The position numbers and the translations under genes are program-made. DNA of 53,849 bases from an uncultured Actinomycetes bacterium (lineage in GTDB: Bacteria; Actinomycetota; UBA4738; HRBIN12). Shown here one piece after another: positions 10,233-21,485 of the stretch. Location: assembly GCA_964567675.1 (NCBI GenBank), contig CAZMNP010000137.1, forward strand, positions 1-53,849, given 5' to 3'. The notes under the pieces are model-generated. The model did not search any database. It saw only the letters and a program-made list of their open reading frames with translations, and was not told the DNA's origin. Each line of letters opens with the position of its first letter. The first letter of the stretch is position 1.

Positions 10233-10946
10233 TCAGCCGACCGCGCGCAGGGCTTCGGCGAGGTTCAGGCCCTCGTGCAACGCACGACCCACCACCGCGC
10301 CCTCGACACCACCGCCGAGCCGGGCCACGGCGGTCAGGTCGTCGATCGAGCGGATCCCGCCCGACGCGATGACCGGTTTGCCGGTATGCGTCGCCAGGGC
10401 CCAGATCCCGTCCAGCTCGGGACCTTCGAGCATGCCGACGCGATCGACCTCGGTGAAGACGTACCGCGAGACGTCGAGCTCCCCCAGCCAAAGGAGCGTG
10501 TCCCAGAGCGGGAGCTCGACCTCCGCGCCGCGCGGGCGGATCGTGGGACCGCTCGCCTCGATCCCGACGCACACCCGGTCCTGGAAAGAGGCGATCGTTC
10601 GTTCGGTCGCGTGTCGGGCAGCCAGCGCGGCCGAACCGAGGACCACGCGACCGGCTCCGGCCGCGATCAAGGCGTCGATCTGCTCCGCGGAGGTCACCCC
10701 GCCGCTCGCCTGGACCGGGACGCCGAGTGCCGCGATCGCTCGCAGGTGGTCGAGGTTGGTCGCGACGCCCGTGTGGGCGAGATCAACGTCGACGAAATGG
10801 AGCCTCGTGGCCCCGGACGCCACGAAAGACGCGGCCGCGGCGGCGGGGTTCCCGCCGTGCACGTCGAGCGGGACCGTCCCGCCACCGGACATCCGCACGA
10901 GTCGTCCGTCGGACACGTCGATCGCGGGGATCACCTCGAACGGCAC
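10233..10946 (-). CDS. hisA: HisA/PriA-family (beta-alpha)8 isomerase (ProFAR isomerase and/or phosphoribosylanthranilate isomerase)
   Basis: 237 aa with N-terminal VIPAIDVSDGRLVRM, ASGGVTS, and VIASGGIRSIDDL...GVEGAVVGRAL, all typical of HisA/PriA. Its stop lies 22 nt upstream of the trpC start. Confidence 0.8.
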   Translation of the reverse strand: MPFEVIPAIDVSDGRLVRMSGGGTVPLDVHGGNPAAAAASFVASGATRLHFVDVDLAHTGVATNLDHLRAIAALGVPVQASGGVTSAEQIDALIAAGAGRVVLGSAALAARHATERTIASFQDRVCVGIEASGPTIRPRGAEVELPLWDTLLWLGELDVSRYVFTEVDRVGMLEGPELDGIWALATHTGKPVIASGGIRSIDDLTAVARLGGGVEGAVVGRALHEGLNLAEALRAVG

Positions 10947-11018
10947 CCGATGAGCGTAGCGGGCGGTCTCGGCGCCGGAAGGCCGCTCCGTCGGAAGGCT
11001 GCTCCGCGGACGCGCGCT

Positions 11019-14000
11019 TCAGCGCGACGCGGGCGCGACGTCGGGGACCCGGACCGTTTCCTGGTCCCGGTCGTTGCGCAGGATGACCTTCGCCGCGTCC
11101 TTGCCGAGCAGACCTCGAAGCTCCGACAGGAGGCCGGCGCCGGCGTTCACGCGGAAGGTCCCCACCTCGAGGGGCGTCACGCCTTGCGAGGAAAGGAAAC
11201 GAACCTGCACCGGCGCGCTGCCCGAGTGTGCGCTCAACAGCTCCTTGAGCTTGGCGATCACGGCGTTCGTGCAGCTGGCGGCGGCGACGTCCACGACGAG
11301 CGTGCCCGAGGGTTCCGCGCGCCGGGCGGCGGCGCCGAGATCGGGCTCCGCGATCTCGAGCGCCCGGAGCTGGAGCTCGCGACCCCGGAGGTCCGCACGA
11401 CCGCGGACGACGACGATCGCGTCAGTCTCGATCAGCTCGGGGACCTGTCCGTAGACGTTCGGGAACGCGACGATGGTCACGCCGCCGGTCAGGTCCTCCA
11501 GCCGGAACTGCGCGAACGGGTCGCCCTTCTTCGTGAACTTGCGCGCGACCGCGCCCACGATCCCCCCGACGGTCACCAGGTCCCCGTCGCCGAGGTTCCC
11601 CACGTCGGAGAGCTCGAGGTCGGTCTGCGCGGCGAGGAGGTCCTTCACCCCGAGGAGCGGATGGTCGGTCACGAACTGCCCGAGGACCTCCTTCTCCAGC
11701 CGCAGCAGCGTGCGTTTGTCGAACTCGTCCCCGGCGAGCACGGACTCGTCGATCTCAGTCGCGGCCCGGTCCCCCCCGCCGAACAGCGAGAACTGTCCGG
11801 CCGCCTCCGCCTTGCGTTCGGCCGCGATCGGCGCCGAGACCTTCTCCTGGCTCTCGATCAGTGCCCGCCGCCGATAGTCGAGGGAGTCGAAGGCGCCGGC
11901 GTAGATCAGGCTCTCGAGCACCTTCTTCGTGAGCACCGAGGGCTCCACCTTGCGACAGAAGTCCGCGTAGGCGGTGAAGCCGCCCTTGTGGGTTCTCGCG
12001 TCGATGATCTGCTGGACCGCTCCCGACCCGACGTTGCGAACGGCGGACAGGCCGTACCGGATCTTCGACCCGTCCCCGGGAGCGGGCGCGAAATCGAGCT
12101 CGGAATCGTTCACGTCCGGTGGCAGGACCTCGATGCCCGTCAGCCGGCACGCGTTCAGATAGAAGGGCTTGCGGTCCTTGTCGTCCTTCACGCTCGTGAG
12201 GACCGCCGACATGTACTCCACGGGATGGTGATGCTTCAGGTACGCGGTCTGGTACGCCACGTAGCCGTACGCACAGGCGTGCGATGCATTGAAGCCGTAG
12301 TCGGCGAAGGGTTCCATCAGCTCGAAGATCTGCCTCGCGAGCTTCTCCGCGTAGCCGTTGCTGCGGCATCCCTCGATGAACGTTTCCTTGTGCACCATGA
12401 GCTTCGCGCGGATCTTCTTGCCCATCGCCTGGCGGAGCATGTCGGCCTCCGCCATCGAGTAGCCGCCCATGCGGACGGCGATCTGCATGACCTGCTCCTG
12501 GTACACCATGATCCCGTAGGTGGGCTCCAGGATGTCCTGCAGGTCGTCGTGCGGGAACGTGACCGGCTTGCGACCGTGCTTGCGCTCGGCGTACTCGTTG
12601 TGCATCCCGGCGTTCAGCGGGCCCGGACGGTACAGCGCCACGAGCGCCATCAGGTCCTCGAACCGGTCGGGCGCCAGCACGCGGATCAGCTGGCGCATGC
12701 CGGGGGACTCCATCTGGAACACGCCGGTCGTATCCGCGCGCTGGAGCATCGCGTAGACGTCCCCGTCGTCCAGCGGCACGTGGTCGATGTCGAGCTCGAC
12801 GTCCCGGCGCCGGAGGTGGCCGAGCGTGTCCTCGATCACCGTCAGGGTCCGGAGGCCGAGGAAATCCATCTTCAGCAAACCGAGCTTCTCGACCCCGTGC
12901 ATGTCGAACTGGGTCACGATCCGGCGCGAGTCGTCGCGCGAGTCCTTCGAGAGCTTGAGCGGCAGGTAGTTCACGAGCGGGGCGTCGCCGATCACCACTC
13001 CGGCGGCGTGCACCGAGTCCTCGCGGCGAAGGCCCTCGAGCGCCCGGGCGCTATCGACGATCTCGCGCGCCTCGGGCTCCTTCTCGTACGCGTCCCGAAG
13101 CTCCGATGAGAGCTTCAGGGCCTCCTCGATCGGGTGTTCGCGGCCGAGCACCGCGGGCGGGTACATCTTGCAGAGGCGGTCCCCGACGCTCGCGGGGAAG
13201 CCCAGCACCCGGGCCGAGTCCCGGATCCCCTGCTTCCCCTTGATCGTCTGGAACGTGATGATCTGCGCGACGTGGTCCGATCCGTACTTCGTGGCCACGT
13301 ACCGGATGACCTCGTCCCGGCGGCGGTCGTCGAAGTCCATATCGATGTCGGGCATCTGGATCCGGCCCGGGTTCAGGAAGCGTTCGAAGATGAGTCCGTA
13401 CCGGAGTGGGTCCAGGTCGGTGATCCGGAGCGCGTAGGACACGACCGACCCTGCCGCCGATCCCCTGCCGGGGCCGACCCGGATCCCGCTTTCGCGGGCG
13501 AACCTGATGAGGTCCCAGACGATCAGGAAATAGCCGGAGAAACCCATCGAGGTGATGACCTCGAGCTCGTGATCGATGCGATCGCGGATCTCGGGGCCTA
13601 GCTCTCCGTAGCGCGCCCGTGCTCCCTCGTCGACGAGGTGGCGGAGGTACGCGTCTCGTTCCATCCCCTCTGGCGGCTCGAACCGCGGCACATGGAACCG
13701 CTCCTCGAGAGGGACGTCGTCCCCGTAACGAAGTCGCAGCTCGCACATCTCCGCGATCGCCAGCGTGTTGTCGCAGGCCTCCGGCACATCGCGGAAGACC
13801 TCGCGCATCTCCTCCGCGCTCTTCAAGTAGAACTCGTCGGAGTCGAAGCGAAGGCGGTTCATGTCCGTCTGCACCTTCTGCTGCTGGATGCACAGGAGGA
13901 TGTCGTGCGGCTTCGCGTCCTCACGTTCGGTGTAGTGCAGGTCGTTCGTCGCGACGAGGGGGAGACCAGTGCGAGCCGCGAGGTCGACGAGGCGTGGCAG

Positions 14001-14570
14001 GATCGTCCGCTGGTCCCCGATCCCGTGGTCCTGGAGCTCGAGGTAGAAGTTCCCGACGCCGAGGATGTCGGAGTACTCGCCCGCGACGTCCTTGGCCTTG
14101 GCCTCGTTCCCGGCGAGGAGGAGCTGCGCGATCTCGGAGGCCAGGCATCCCGACAACCCGAGCAGGCCCTCGGAGTGCTCGGAGAGGAGCGACTTGTCGA
14201 TCCGGGGGCGATGGTAGAAGCCCTCGATGTGCGCTTCCGTGACGAGCTTGAGCAGGTTCCGGTACCCGGCCTCGTTGCGGGCGAGCAGCGTGAGGTGCCG
14301 GTATTTCTCCTCGCTCTGGCCGGGCGTGCGGTCGTGCCGGGAGACCGGAGCGACGTAGGCCTCAACCCCGAGGATGGGCTTGACCCCCGCGGCGACCCCC
14401 GCCTCGTAGAAATTGAGCGCACCGAACATCGCGCCGTGATCGGTCATCGCGAGCGCCGGCATGCCGGCGGCGGCGGCGCGCTCGAACAGGTCGGGGATCC
14501 GGGAAGCACCGTCGAGCAGCGAGTACTCCGTGTGGGAATGCAGGTGGACGAAGCTGCGAACGCTCGACAA
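11019..14570 (-). CDS. dnaE: DNA polymerase III alpha subunit (replicative DnaE1)
   Basis: PHP N-terminus FVHLHSHTEYSLLDG. The length, about 1183 aa, is full size for DnaE. I place the start at TTG 14570, preceded by AGGAG at 9 nt. The track start at 14708 adds 46 non-conserved residues. Confidence 0.93.
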   Translation of the reverse strand: MSSVRSFVHLHSHTEYSLLDGASRIPDLFERAAAAGMPALAMTDHGAMFGALNFYEAGVAAGVKPILGVEAYVAPVSRHDRTPGQSEEKYRHLTLLARNEAGYRNLLKLVTEAHIEGFYHRPRIDKSLLSEHSEGLLGLSGCLASEIAQLLLAGNEAKAKDVAGEYSDILGVGNFYLELQDHGIGDQRTILPRLVDLAARTGLPLVATNDLHYTEREDAKPHDILLCIQQQKVQTDMNRLRFDSDEFYLKSAEEMREVFRDVPEACDNTLAIAEMCELRLRYGDDVPLEERFHVPRFEPPEGMERDAYLRHLVDEGARARYGELGPEIRDRIDHELEVITSMGFSGYFLIVWDLIRFARESGIRVGPGRGSAAGSVVSYALRITDLDPLRYGLIFERFLNPGRIQMPDIDMDFDDRRRDEVIRYVATKYGSDHVAQIITFQTIKGKQGIRDSARVLGFPASVGDRLCKMYPPAVLGREHPIEEALKLSSELRDAYEKEPEAREIVDSARALEGLRREDSVHAAGVVIGDAPLVNYLPLKLSKDSRDDSRRIVTQFDMHGVEKLGLLKMDFLGLRTLTVIEDTLGHLRRRDVELDIDHVPLDDGDVYAMLQRADTTGVFQMESPGMRQLIRVLAPDRFEDLMALVALYRPGPLNAGMHNEYAERKHGRKPVTFPHDDLQDILEPTYGIMVYQEQVMQIAVRMGGYSMAEADMLRQAMGKKIRAKLMVHKETFIEGCRSNGYAEKLARQIFELMEPFADYGFNASHACAYGYVAYQTAYLKHHHPVEYMSAVLTSVKDDKDRKPFYLNACRLTGIEVLPPDVNDSELDFAPAPGDGSKIRYGLSAVRNVGSGAVQQIIDARTHKGGFTAYADFCRKVEPSVLTKKVLESLIYAGAFDSLDYRRRALIESQEKVSAPIAAERKAEAAGQFSLFGGGDRAATEIDESVLAGDEFDKRTLLRLEKEVLGQFVTDHPLLGVKDLLAAQTDLELSDVGNLGDGDLVTVGGIVGAVARKFTKKGDPFAQFRLEDLTGGVTIVAFPNVYGQVPELIETDAIVVVRGRADLRGRELQLRALEIAEPDLGAAARRAEPSGTLVVDVAAASCTNAVIAKLKELLSAHSGSAPVQVRFLSSQGVTPLEVGTFRVNAGAGLLSELRGLLGKDAAKVILRNDRDQETVRVPDVAPASR

Positions 14571-14640
14571 GCCCTCTGCTCCTGCTCTGCCTGGGGGAAA
14601 CCGGCGCCGGTCCGGGGATAACCTGTGGATACTTACATGC

Positions 14641-14670
14641 TTGTGATTCCTGCCGTTCGAAGGATAGACT
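14641..14670 (+). promoter_or_regulatory. candidate sigma-A-type promoter for the PD-(D/E)XK nuclease gene
   Basis: TTGTGA-18 nt-TAGACT sits in a locally low-GC patch of the 164-nt dnaE/nuclease divergent intergenic region, about 65 nt upstream of ATG 14735. Pattern match only. Confidence 0.25.
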
Positions 14671-14734
14671 CGGCGAACGTCGGAGGCAAGTCGAGCCACG
14701 GTCCGCACTCCGGGCTCGGAGGAAGAAGAAGCGG

Positions 14735-15862
14735 ATGCGACTCTCGTACTCGAGCATCAACACGTACGAAACGTGTCCCGCGAAGTTCAAGTTCCAGTAC
14801 GAGGACCGGATGCCGCAGGCTCCCTCCCCCGCGCTGGCGTTCGGCGACTCCCTCCACAAAGCCCTGCACCTGTTCCACAACCGACCCGTCCCGGTCCCGC
14901 CGCCGCTCGTCGAGCTGCACGACATGCTCGAGGCGGTGTGGGTCTCGACCGGCTTCTCGAACGAGTCCGAGGAACGGATGTATCGCGATCACGGACGTCA
15001 GGTCCTCGCGCAGTACCATCGGGAGAACGCCGAGGACTACCGGATCCCCGCAGCCCTGGAGTTCAAGTTCAGGATCGACGTCGAAGGGGTCGAGCTCTCC
15101 GGCGTGATCGACCGCATGGACCGGATCCCCGGCGGCGGGTACGAAATCATCGACTACAAGACGAACCGCCGACTGCCTCCGCAGTCTCGGATCGACGGCG
15201 ACCTCCAGCTCTCCGTCTACCACCTCGCGGCGAAGGAGATCTGGGGCATCGAGCCGGAACGGCTGACGCTCTACTACCTCCTTCCCGGCCAGCGCATGAC
15301 GACCCAGCGAACGCCGGCCGACGTCGACGAGCTCCGCCGGAGGATCGCGACCGTGGCCGAGCGCGTCGCCGCGGGGAAGTTCGAGCCGCGCCAGAACCCG
15401 CTCTGCGACTGGTGTGACTACCAAGCACTGTGTCCGCTCTTCCGGCACCGGTACGAGCAACAGGAACACGATGCCGCGCCGCGCATGACCGAGATCGTCG
15501 ACGAATGGATCGGGCTCAAGCGGCAGACACGCCAGACCTACCGTCGCTTCGACGAGCTCGTGCCGTTGATCAACGCGTTCGCCGACGAGCACGGGTACCG
15601 GCGGCTCTTCGGCTCCGACGGCGCGGGGATCGACCGCCGCCCCCAGCACGTCACCGCCCCCATCGAGGAGAAGGTGCGCGAGATCCTGGAACCGCTCGGG
15701 ATGTGGGAGCAGGTGCTCTCGGTCGACCCCGCCAAGCTCAACGCGCTGATCGAGTCCCGGACGCTCTCCCCTGAGGTCGAGGACGCGCTTCTCGCCTCTC
15801 GGGAGGAGGTCCGGACGCAATACGCGCTGTACCTGCGCGAGGCCGAGCGCGTACGGCGCTGA
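14735..15862 (+). CDS. PD-(D/E)XK nuclease family protein (Cas4/RecB/AddB-nuclease-like, 4-Cys cluster) with about 135-aa C-terminal extension
   Basis: N-terminal Cys (YETCPAKF). Nuclease motifs GVIDRMD, EIIDYK and QLSVYHL. C-terminal CDWCDYQALC (CxxCx5C). An uncharacterised helical-looking tail follows. Confidence 0.8.
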   Translation: MRLSYSSINTYETCPAKFKFQYEDRMPQAPSPALAFGDSLHKALHLFHNRPVPVPPPLVELHDMLEAVWVSTGFSNESEERMYRDHGRQVLAQYHRENAEDYRIPAALEFKFRIDVEGVELSGVIDRMDRIPGGGYEIIDYKTNRRLPPQSRIDGDLQLSVYHLAAKEIWGIEPERLTLYYLLPGQRMTTQRTPADVDELRRRIATVAERVAAGKFEPRQNPLCDWCDYQALCPLFRHRYEQQEHDAAPRMTEIVDEWIGLKRQTRQTYRRFDELVPLINAFADEHGYRRLFGSDGAGIDRRPQHVTAPIEEKVREILEPLGMWEQVLSVDPAKLNALIESRTLSPEVEDALLASREEVRTQYALYLREAERVRR

Positions 15863-15880
15863 ACCGACGCCGGCGGCGGG

Positions 15881-16774
15881 TCAGTCCTCCCTCCTGACCC
15901 GCCGCAGCGCCTCCTCGAGTTCCGGCGGGAGTGGCTCCTCCAGCTCGACCCGTTCGCCGGTCGCCGGATGGTCGAACGCGATCCGCCACGCGTGCAGGAA
16001 CGGCCGGTCGAGGCCGAGCCCCCTCGCGTGGTCGCCGCCTCCGCCGTAGCGCCCATCACCCAGGATCGGGTGGCCGACCGCCGACAGGTGCACGCGGATC
16101 TGATGGGTGCGGCCGGTGCGAGGGATCGCCTCCAGCAAGGTCGCCCGTCCGAAACGCTCCCGCACCTTGAAGGCGGTGGCCGCGGCTCGTCCCGAGGTGG
16201 CGTCGACGCGGATCCGCGCGCCCCGGCGTCCGAGCGGGGCGTCGACCTCGAACCGTTCATGGGGCACCGCGCCACGGACCAGCGCGAGGTATCGCCGTTC
16301 GACGTCGTGCCGCTCGAACATGGCGGAGAGGGCCTCGTAGGTCTGGTCGTCGGAGGCCACGACGAGCAGGCCCGAGGTGCCGGCGTCGAGCCGGTGGACG
16401 ATCCCTGGGCGAAGCGGTCCGCCGCGCGGGGCGAGCGGCACCTGCATCCCGAGCAGCCGGTTCACCAGCGTTCCCGTCCGACGGTTCTCCGTCGGGTGGG
16501 TCGGAAGGCCGGCGGGTTTCGAGACGACGAGCAGATGATCGTCCCGGTATCGGACGTCGACCGCGGGACCTTCGGGCGCGAGGACCGCTGAGGCTCCCAG
16601 CTCGACCCGGACGCGCTCTCCGCCGCTGAGCCGGAACGACTTCGGCCTCGGCGCTCCGTCCACGGTGACACCGCCCGAGGCGATCGCGCGCTGGGCTTCG
16701 GCCCTCGTCACGCCGAGGCGCCCGGCGACGACGGCGTCGAGCCGGCCGGGATCGGCGTCGAACGCTTCCGTCAT
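15881..16774 (-). CDS. rluD: RluA-family 23S rRNA pseudouridine synthase (RluD-like)
   Basis: S4-like N-terminus, catalytic HRLDAGTSGLLVVA, and GRTHQIRVH. Confidence 0.9.
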   Translation of the reverse strand: MTEAFDADPGRLDAVVAGRLGVTRAEAQRAIASGGVTVDGAPRPKSFRLSGGERVRVELGASAVLAPEGPAVDVRYRDDHLLVVSKPAGLPTHPTENRRTGTLVNRLLGMQVPLAPRGGPLRPGIVHRLDAGTSGLLVVASDDQTYEALSAMFERHDVERRYLALVRGAVPHERFEVDAPLGRRGARIRVDATSGRAAATAFKVRERFGRATLLEAIPRTGRTHQIRVHLSAVGHPILGDGRYGGGGDHARGLGLDRPFLHAWRIAFDHPATGERVELEEPLPPELEEALRRVRRED

Positions 16775-16778
16775 CGGC

Positions 16779-17270
16779 TCAGGCTTCCTCCGCCATTCCC
16801 TCGGGTTCCTCCCGCCGGGCCGAGGACATCGCGAGCAGGATGGCCCCGACCACGATCGATGCGTCCGCGAGGTTGAAGACGGGCCAGATCTGAAGGTCGA
16901 TGAAGTCGATCACGGAGCCGGACAGCCCGGGCCCGTTGAGGATGCGGTCCGTGAGGTTGCCGAGGGCCCCTCCAAGGATGAGTCCCAGCGCGAGCGCCAG
17001 CGGCCGGCGGTCCAGCCGGAACGAGACGAACACGATGACCACGGAGACCAGGACGGTCGCACCGGCGAACAACCACGGCGCGCTCCGCCCGAGCCCGAAC
17101 GCGCCCCCCGAGTTCGTCGTGTAGTTGAACGACAGGACACCGGGGACGATCTCGATCGGTGGACGGCCCGCGAGCGCCGCCTCGACCCAGAGCTTGGTCA
17201 TACGGTCGAGCGCGTAGACGACCGCCGCGGTGGCGTAGAGGGCGAGGGTGATCGATCGCGCGCGGGTCAC
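16779..17270 (-). CDS. lspA: lipoprotein signal peptidase II
   Basis: 163-aa four-TM ORF with GGALGNLTDR and FNLADA motifs. GTG start is 4 nt after the upstream stop. Confidence 0.9.
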   Translation of the reverse strand: MTRARSITLALYATAAVVYALDRMTKLWVEAALAGRPPIEIVPGVLSFNYTTNSGGAFGLGRSAPWLFAGATVLVSVVIVFVSFRLDRRPLALALGLILGGALGNLTDRILNGPGLSGSVIDFIDLQIWPVFNLADASIVVGAILLAMSSARREEPEGMAEEA

Positions 17271-17274
17271 GGCG

Positions 17275-17661
17275 CTATCGCCGCGACTGCGCCTGGGCGT
17301 CCTTGATGCAGAGGTCGACGTATGGGAGGACTTTCAGCCGAGCCTTCTCGATCGGCTTGCCGCAGCGAGAGCAGATGCCGTAGGTCCCCTCGTCCATCCT
17401 GGCCAGGGCCCGCTCGATCTTGCGCATCAGGTCGCGGACGTTGTTCTCGATCGAAAGGTCGCGTTCGCGTTCGAAGGTGAAGGAGCCGGCATCCGCGTTC
17501 TCCTCGTCGAAGGAGACCTCGCCCGACAGCTCCGACTGGGAGGCGGCGAAGGACTGCTCCTCGATCGTCGTCAATTGCTCCTGCAACTCCGCCTTCTCGG
17601 CGAGCAGGCGTTCGCGCAGGTCGTCGAGTTCCTTCTTGGAAACGACAGTCTTCCCGGCCAT
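17275..17661 (-). CDS. TraR/DksA-family zinc-finger protein
   Basis: ATG at 17661 gives 128 aa: a coiled-coil N-terminus, then CSRCGKPI-x17-CIKD. The track ORF (to 18435) is over-extended. Confidence 0.8.
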   Translation of the reverse strand: MAGKTVVSKKELDDLRERLLAEKAELQEQLTTIEEQSFAASQSELSGEVSFDEENADAGSFTFERERDLSIENNVRDLMRKIERALARMDEGTYGICSRCGKPIEKARLKVLPYVDLCIKDAQAQSRR

Positions 17662-17708
17662 GGTCCGGGGGACGCTAGCACCCGCAACAGAGCCCGACAA
17701 TGACCTGC

Positions 17709-17969
17709 TCAGCAGCCTTGGAGGCGCCGTAGCAGCTGGTCGGCGTCCATCCCATGCATCTCGAATACCTTCGTGCGAGACCGCGAGCCGGATCGGAGCG
17801 TGACGGCGCTCGGCGGCACTCCGGCGGCCTCCGCGAGGGCTCGTCTGGCCTCCTCGGTGGCCTTGCCTCCCTCCGCGGCCGAACGCACTCGGACGACGAT
17901 GCCATCGGGACCGATCTCGACGGCCGTGCGCCCGGATCTCGGGGTCACGCGAACCGTGATCGGCGCCAT
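17709..17969 (-). CDS. DUF167 (YggU-like) family protein
   Basis: ATG at 17969 gives 86 aa: MAPITVRVTPRSGRTAVE...AAEGGKATEEARRALAEAAGV...LRSGSRSRTKVFE, matching the DUF167 pattern. The track ORF (to 19055) runs antisense into ileS and is rejected. Confidence 0.7.
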   Translation of the reverse strand: MAPITVRVTPRSGRTAVEIGPDGIVVRVRSAAEGGKATEEARRALAEAAGVPPSAVTLRSGSRSRTKVFEMHGMDADQLLRRLQGC

Positions 17970-17993
17970 CCACCGTGTAGCATCCCTCGGACA

Positions 17994-18263
17994 GGCGATG
18001 ACGGGAACGAGTAGCGGAGGTTCCCACCTGGAGCGAGCCGGGGACGGTGCGAGCCCGGCGGCAGGGCCTCCGCGAACATCCTCCTCGAGCCGCCGCCCGA
18101 ACCGGACGCGAGCCACGCGCCCCAAGTAGACGCGGCCGGGTCCGCCCGTGAGCGCGGAAGGCTGTGATCGCAGCCGCGAAGTGGCCGGGGCCGAGAGGCC
18201 CCGGCAAGCGGGGTGGTACCGCGGGGCACACGCCTCGTCCCGGCACCAGGGGACGAGGCGTTT
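17994..18263 (+). promoter_or_regulatory. T-box leader (tRNA-Ile-sensing riboswitch) upstream of ileS
   Basis: T-box sequence GGGGUGGUACCGCG at 18210-18223. Stem I pairing GCGGAGG (18014-18020) with CCUCCGC (18067-18073). AGUA and GAA-C-AUC specifier-loop context with the Ile codon AUC at 18078-18080. AG-bulge-like AGCGA and a GGUGCGA apical loop. Stem III GCCGGGGCC-GAGA-GGCCCCGGC. Terminator-like hairpin at the 3' end. Confidence 0.85.
18230..18263 (+). terminator. T-box terminator/sequestrator hairpin
   Basis: Perfect 12-bp stem ACGCCTCGTCCC / GGGACGAGGCGT with an 8-nt loop, followed by TTT. Its 5' arm lies directly 3' of the T-box sequence, so it could instead join an antiterminator helix. 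The ileS SD (AGGAGG, 18269-18274) lies just downstream. Confidence 0.55.
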
Positions 18264-18278
18264 CGCGTAGGAGGGGAG

Positions 18279-21443
<3,165 letters not shown>

Positions 21444-21485
21444 GGCTTCGGCTCATCCGTCGGAGCGCGTGAAGTTTCGGACGCC

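Noticed and set aside
7944-13109. 1721-aa plus-strand ORF across trpA-trpB-trpC-hisA-dnaE
   Set aside because: It is antisense to five well-supported genes, has low-complexity composition, and has no SD or conserved motif. I treat it as a GC-driven artefact.
11019-14708. Longer dnaE start at 14708, and a check for an intein in dnaE or dnaE2
   Set aside because: The extra 46 residues are non-conserved, and an SD-backed TTG sits right before the PHP motif. Both polymerases have normal lengths, with no insertion large enough for an intein.
21444-21485. Possible bidirectional terminator between the convergent ileS and divIVA genes (also 15863-15880 between the nuclease gene and rluD)
   Set aside because: I found only short GC palindromes such as CGCCGGCG. 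There is no convincing stem-loop with a U-tract, so no feature is called.
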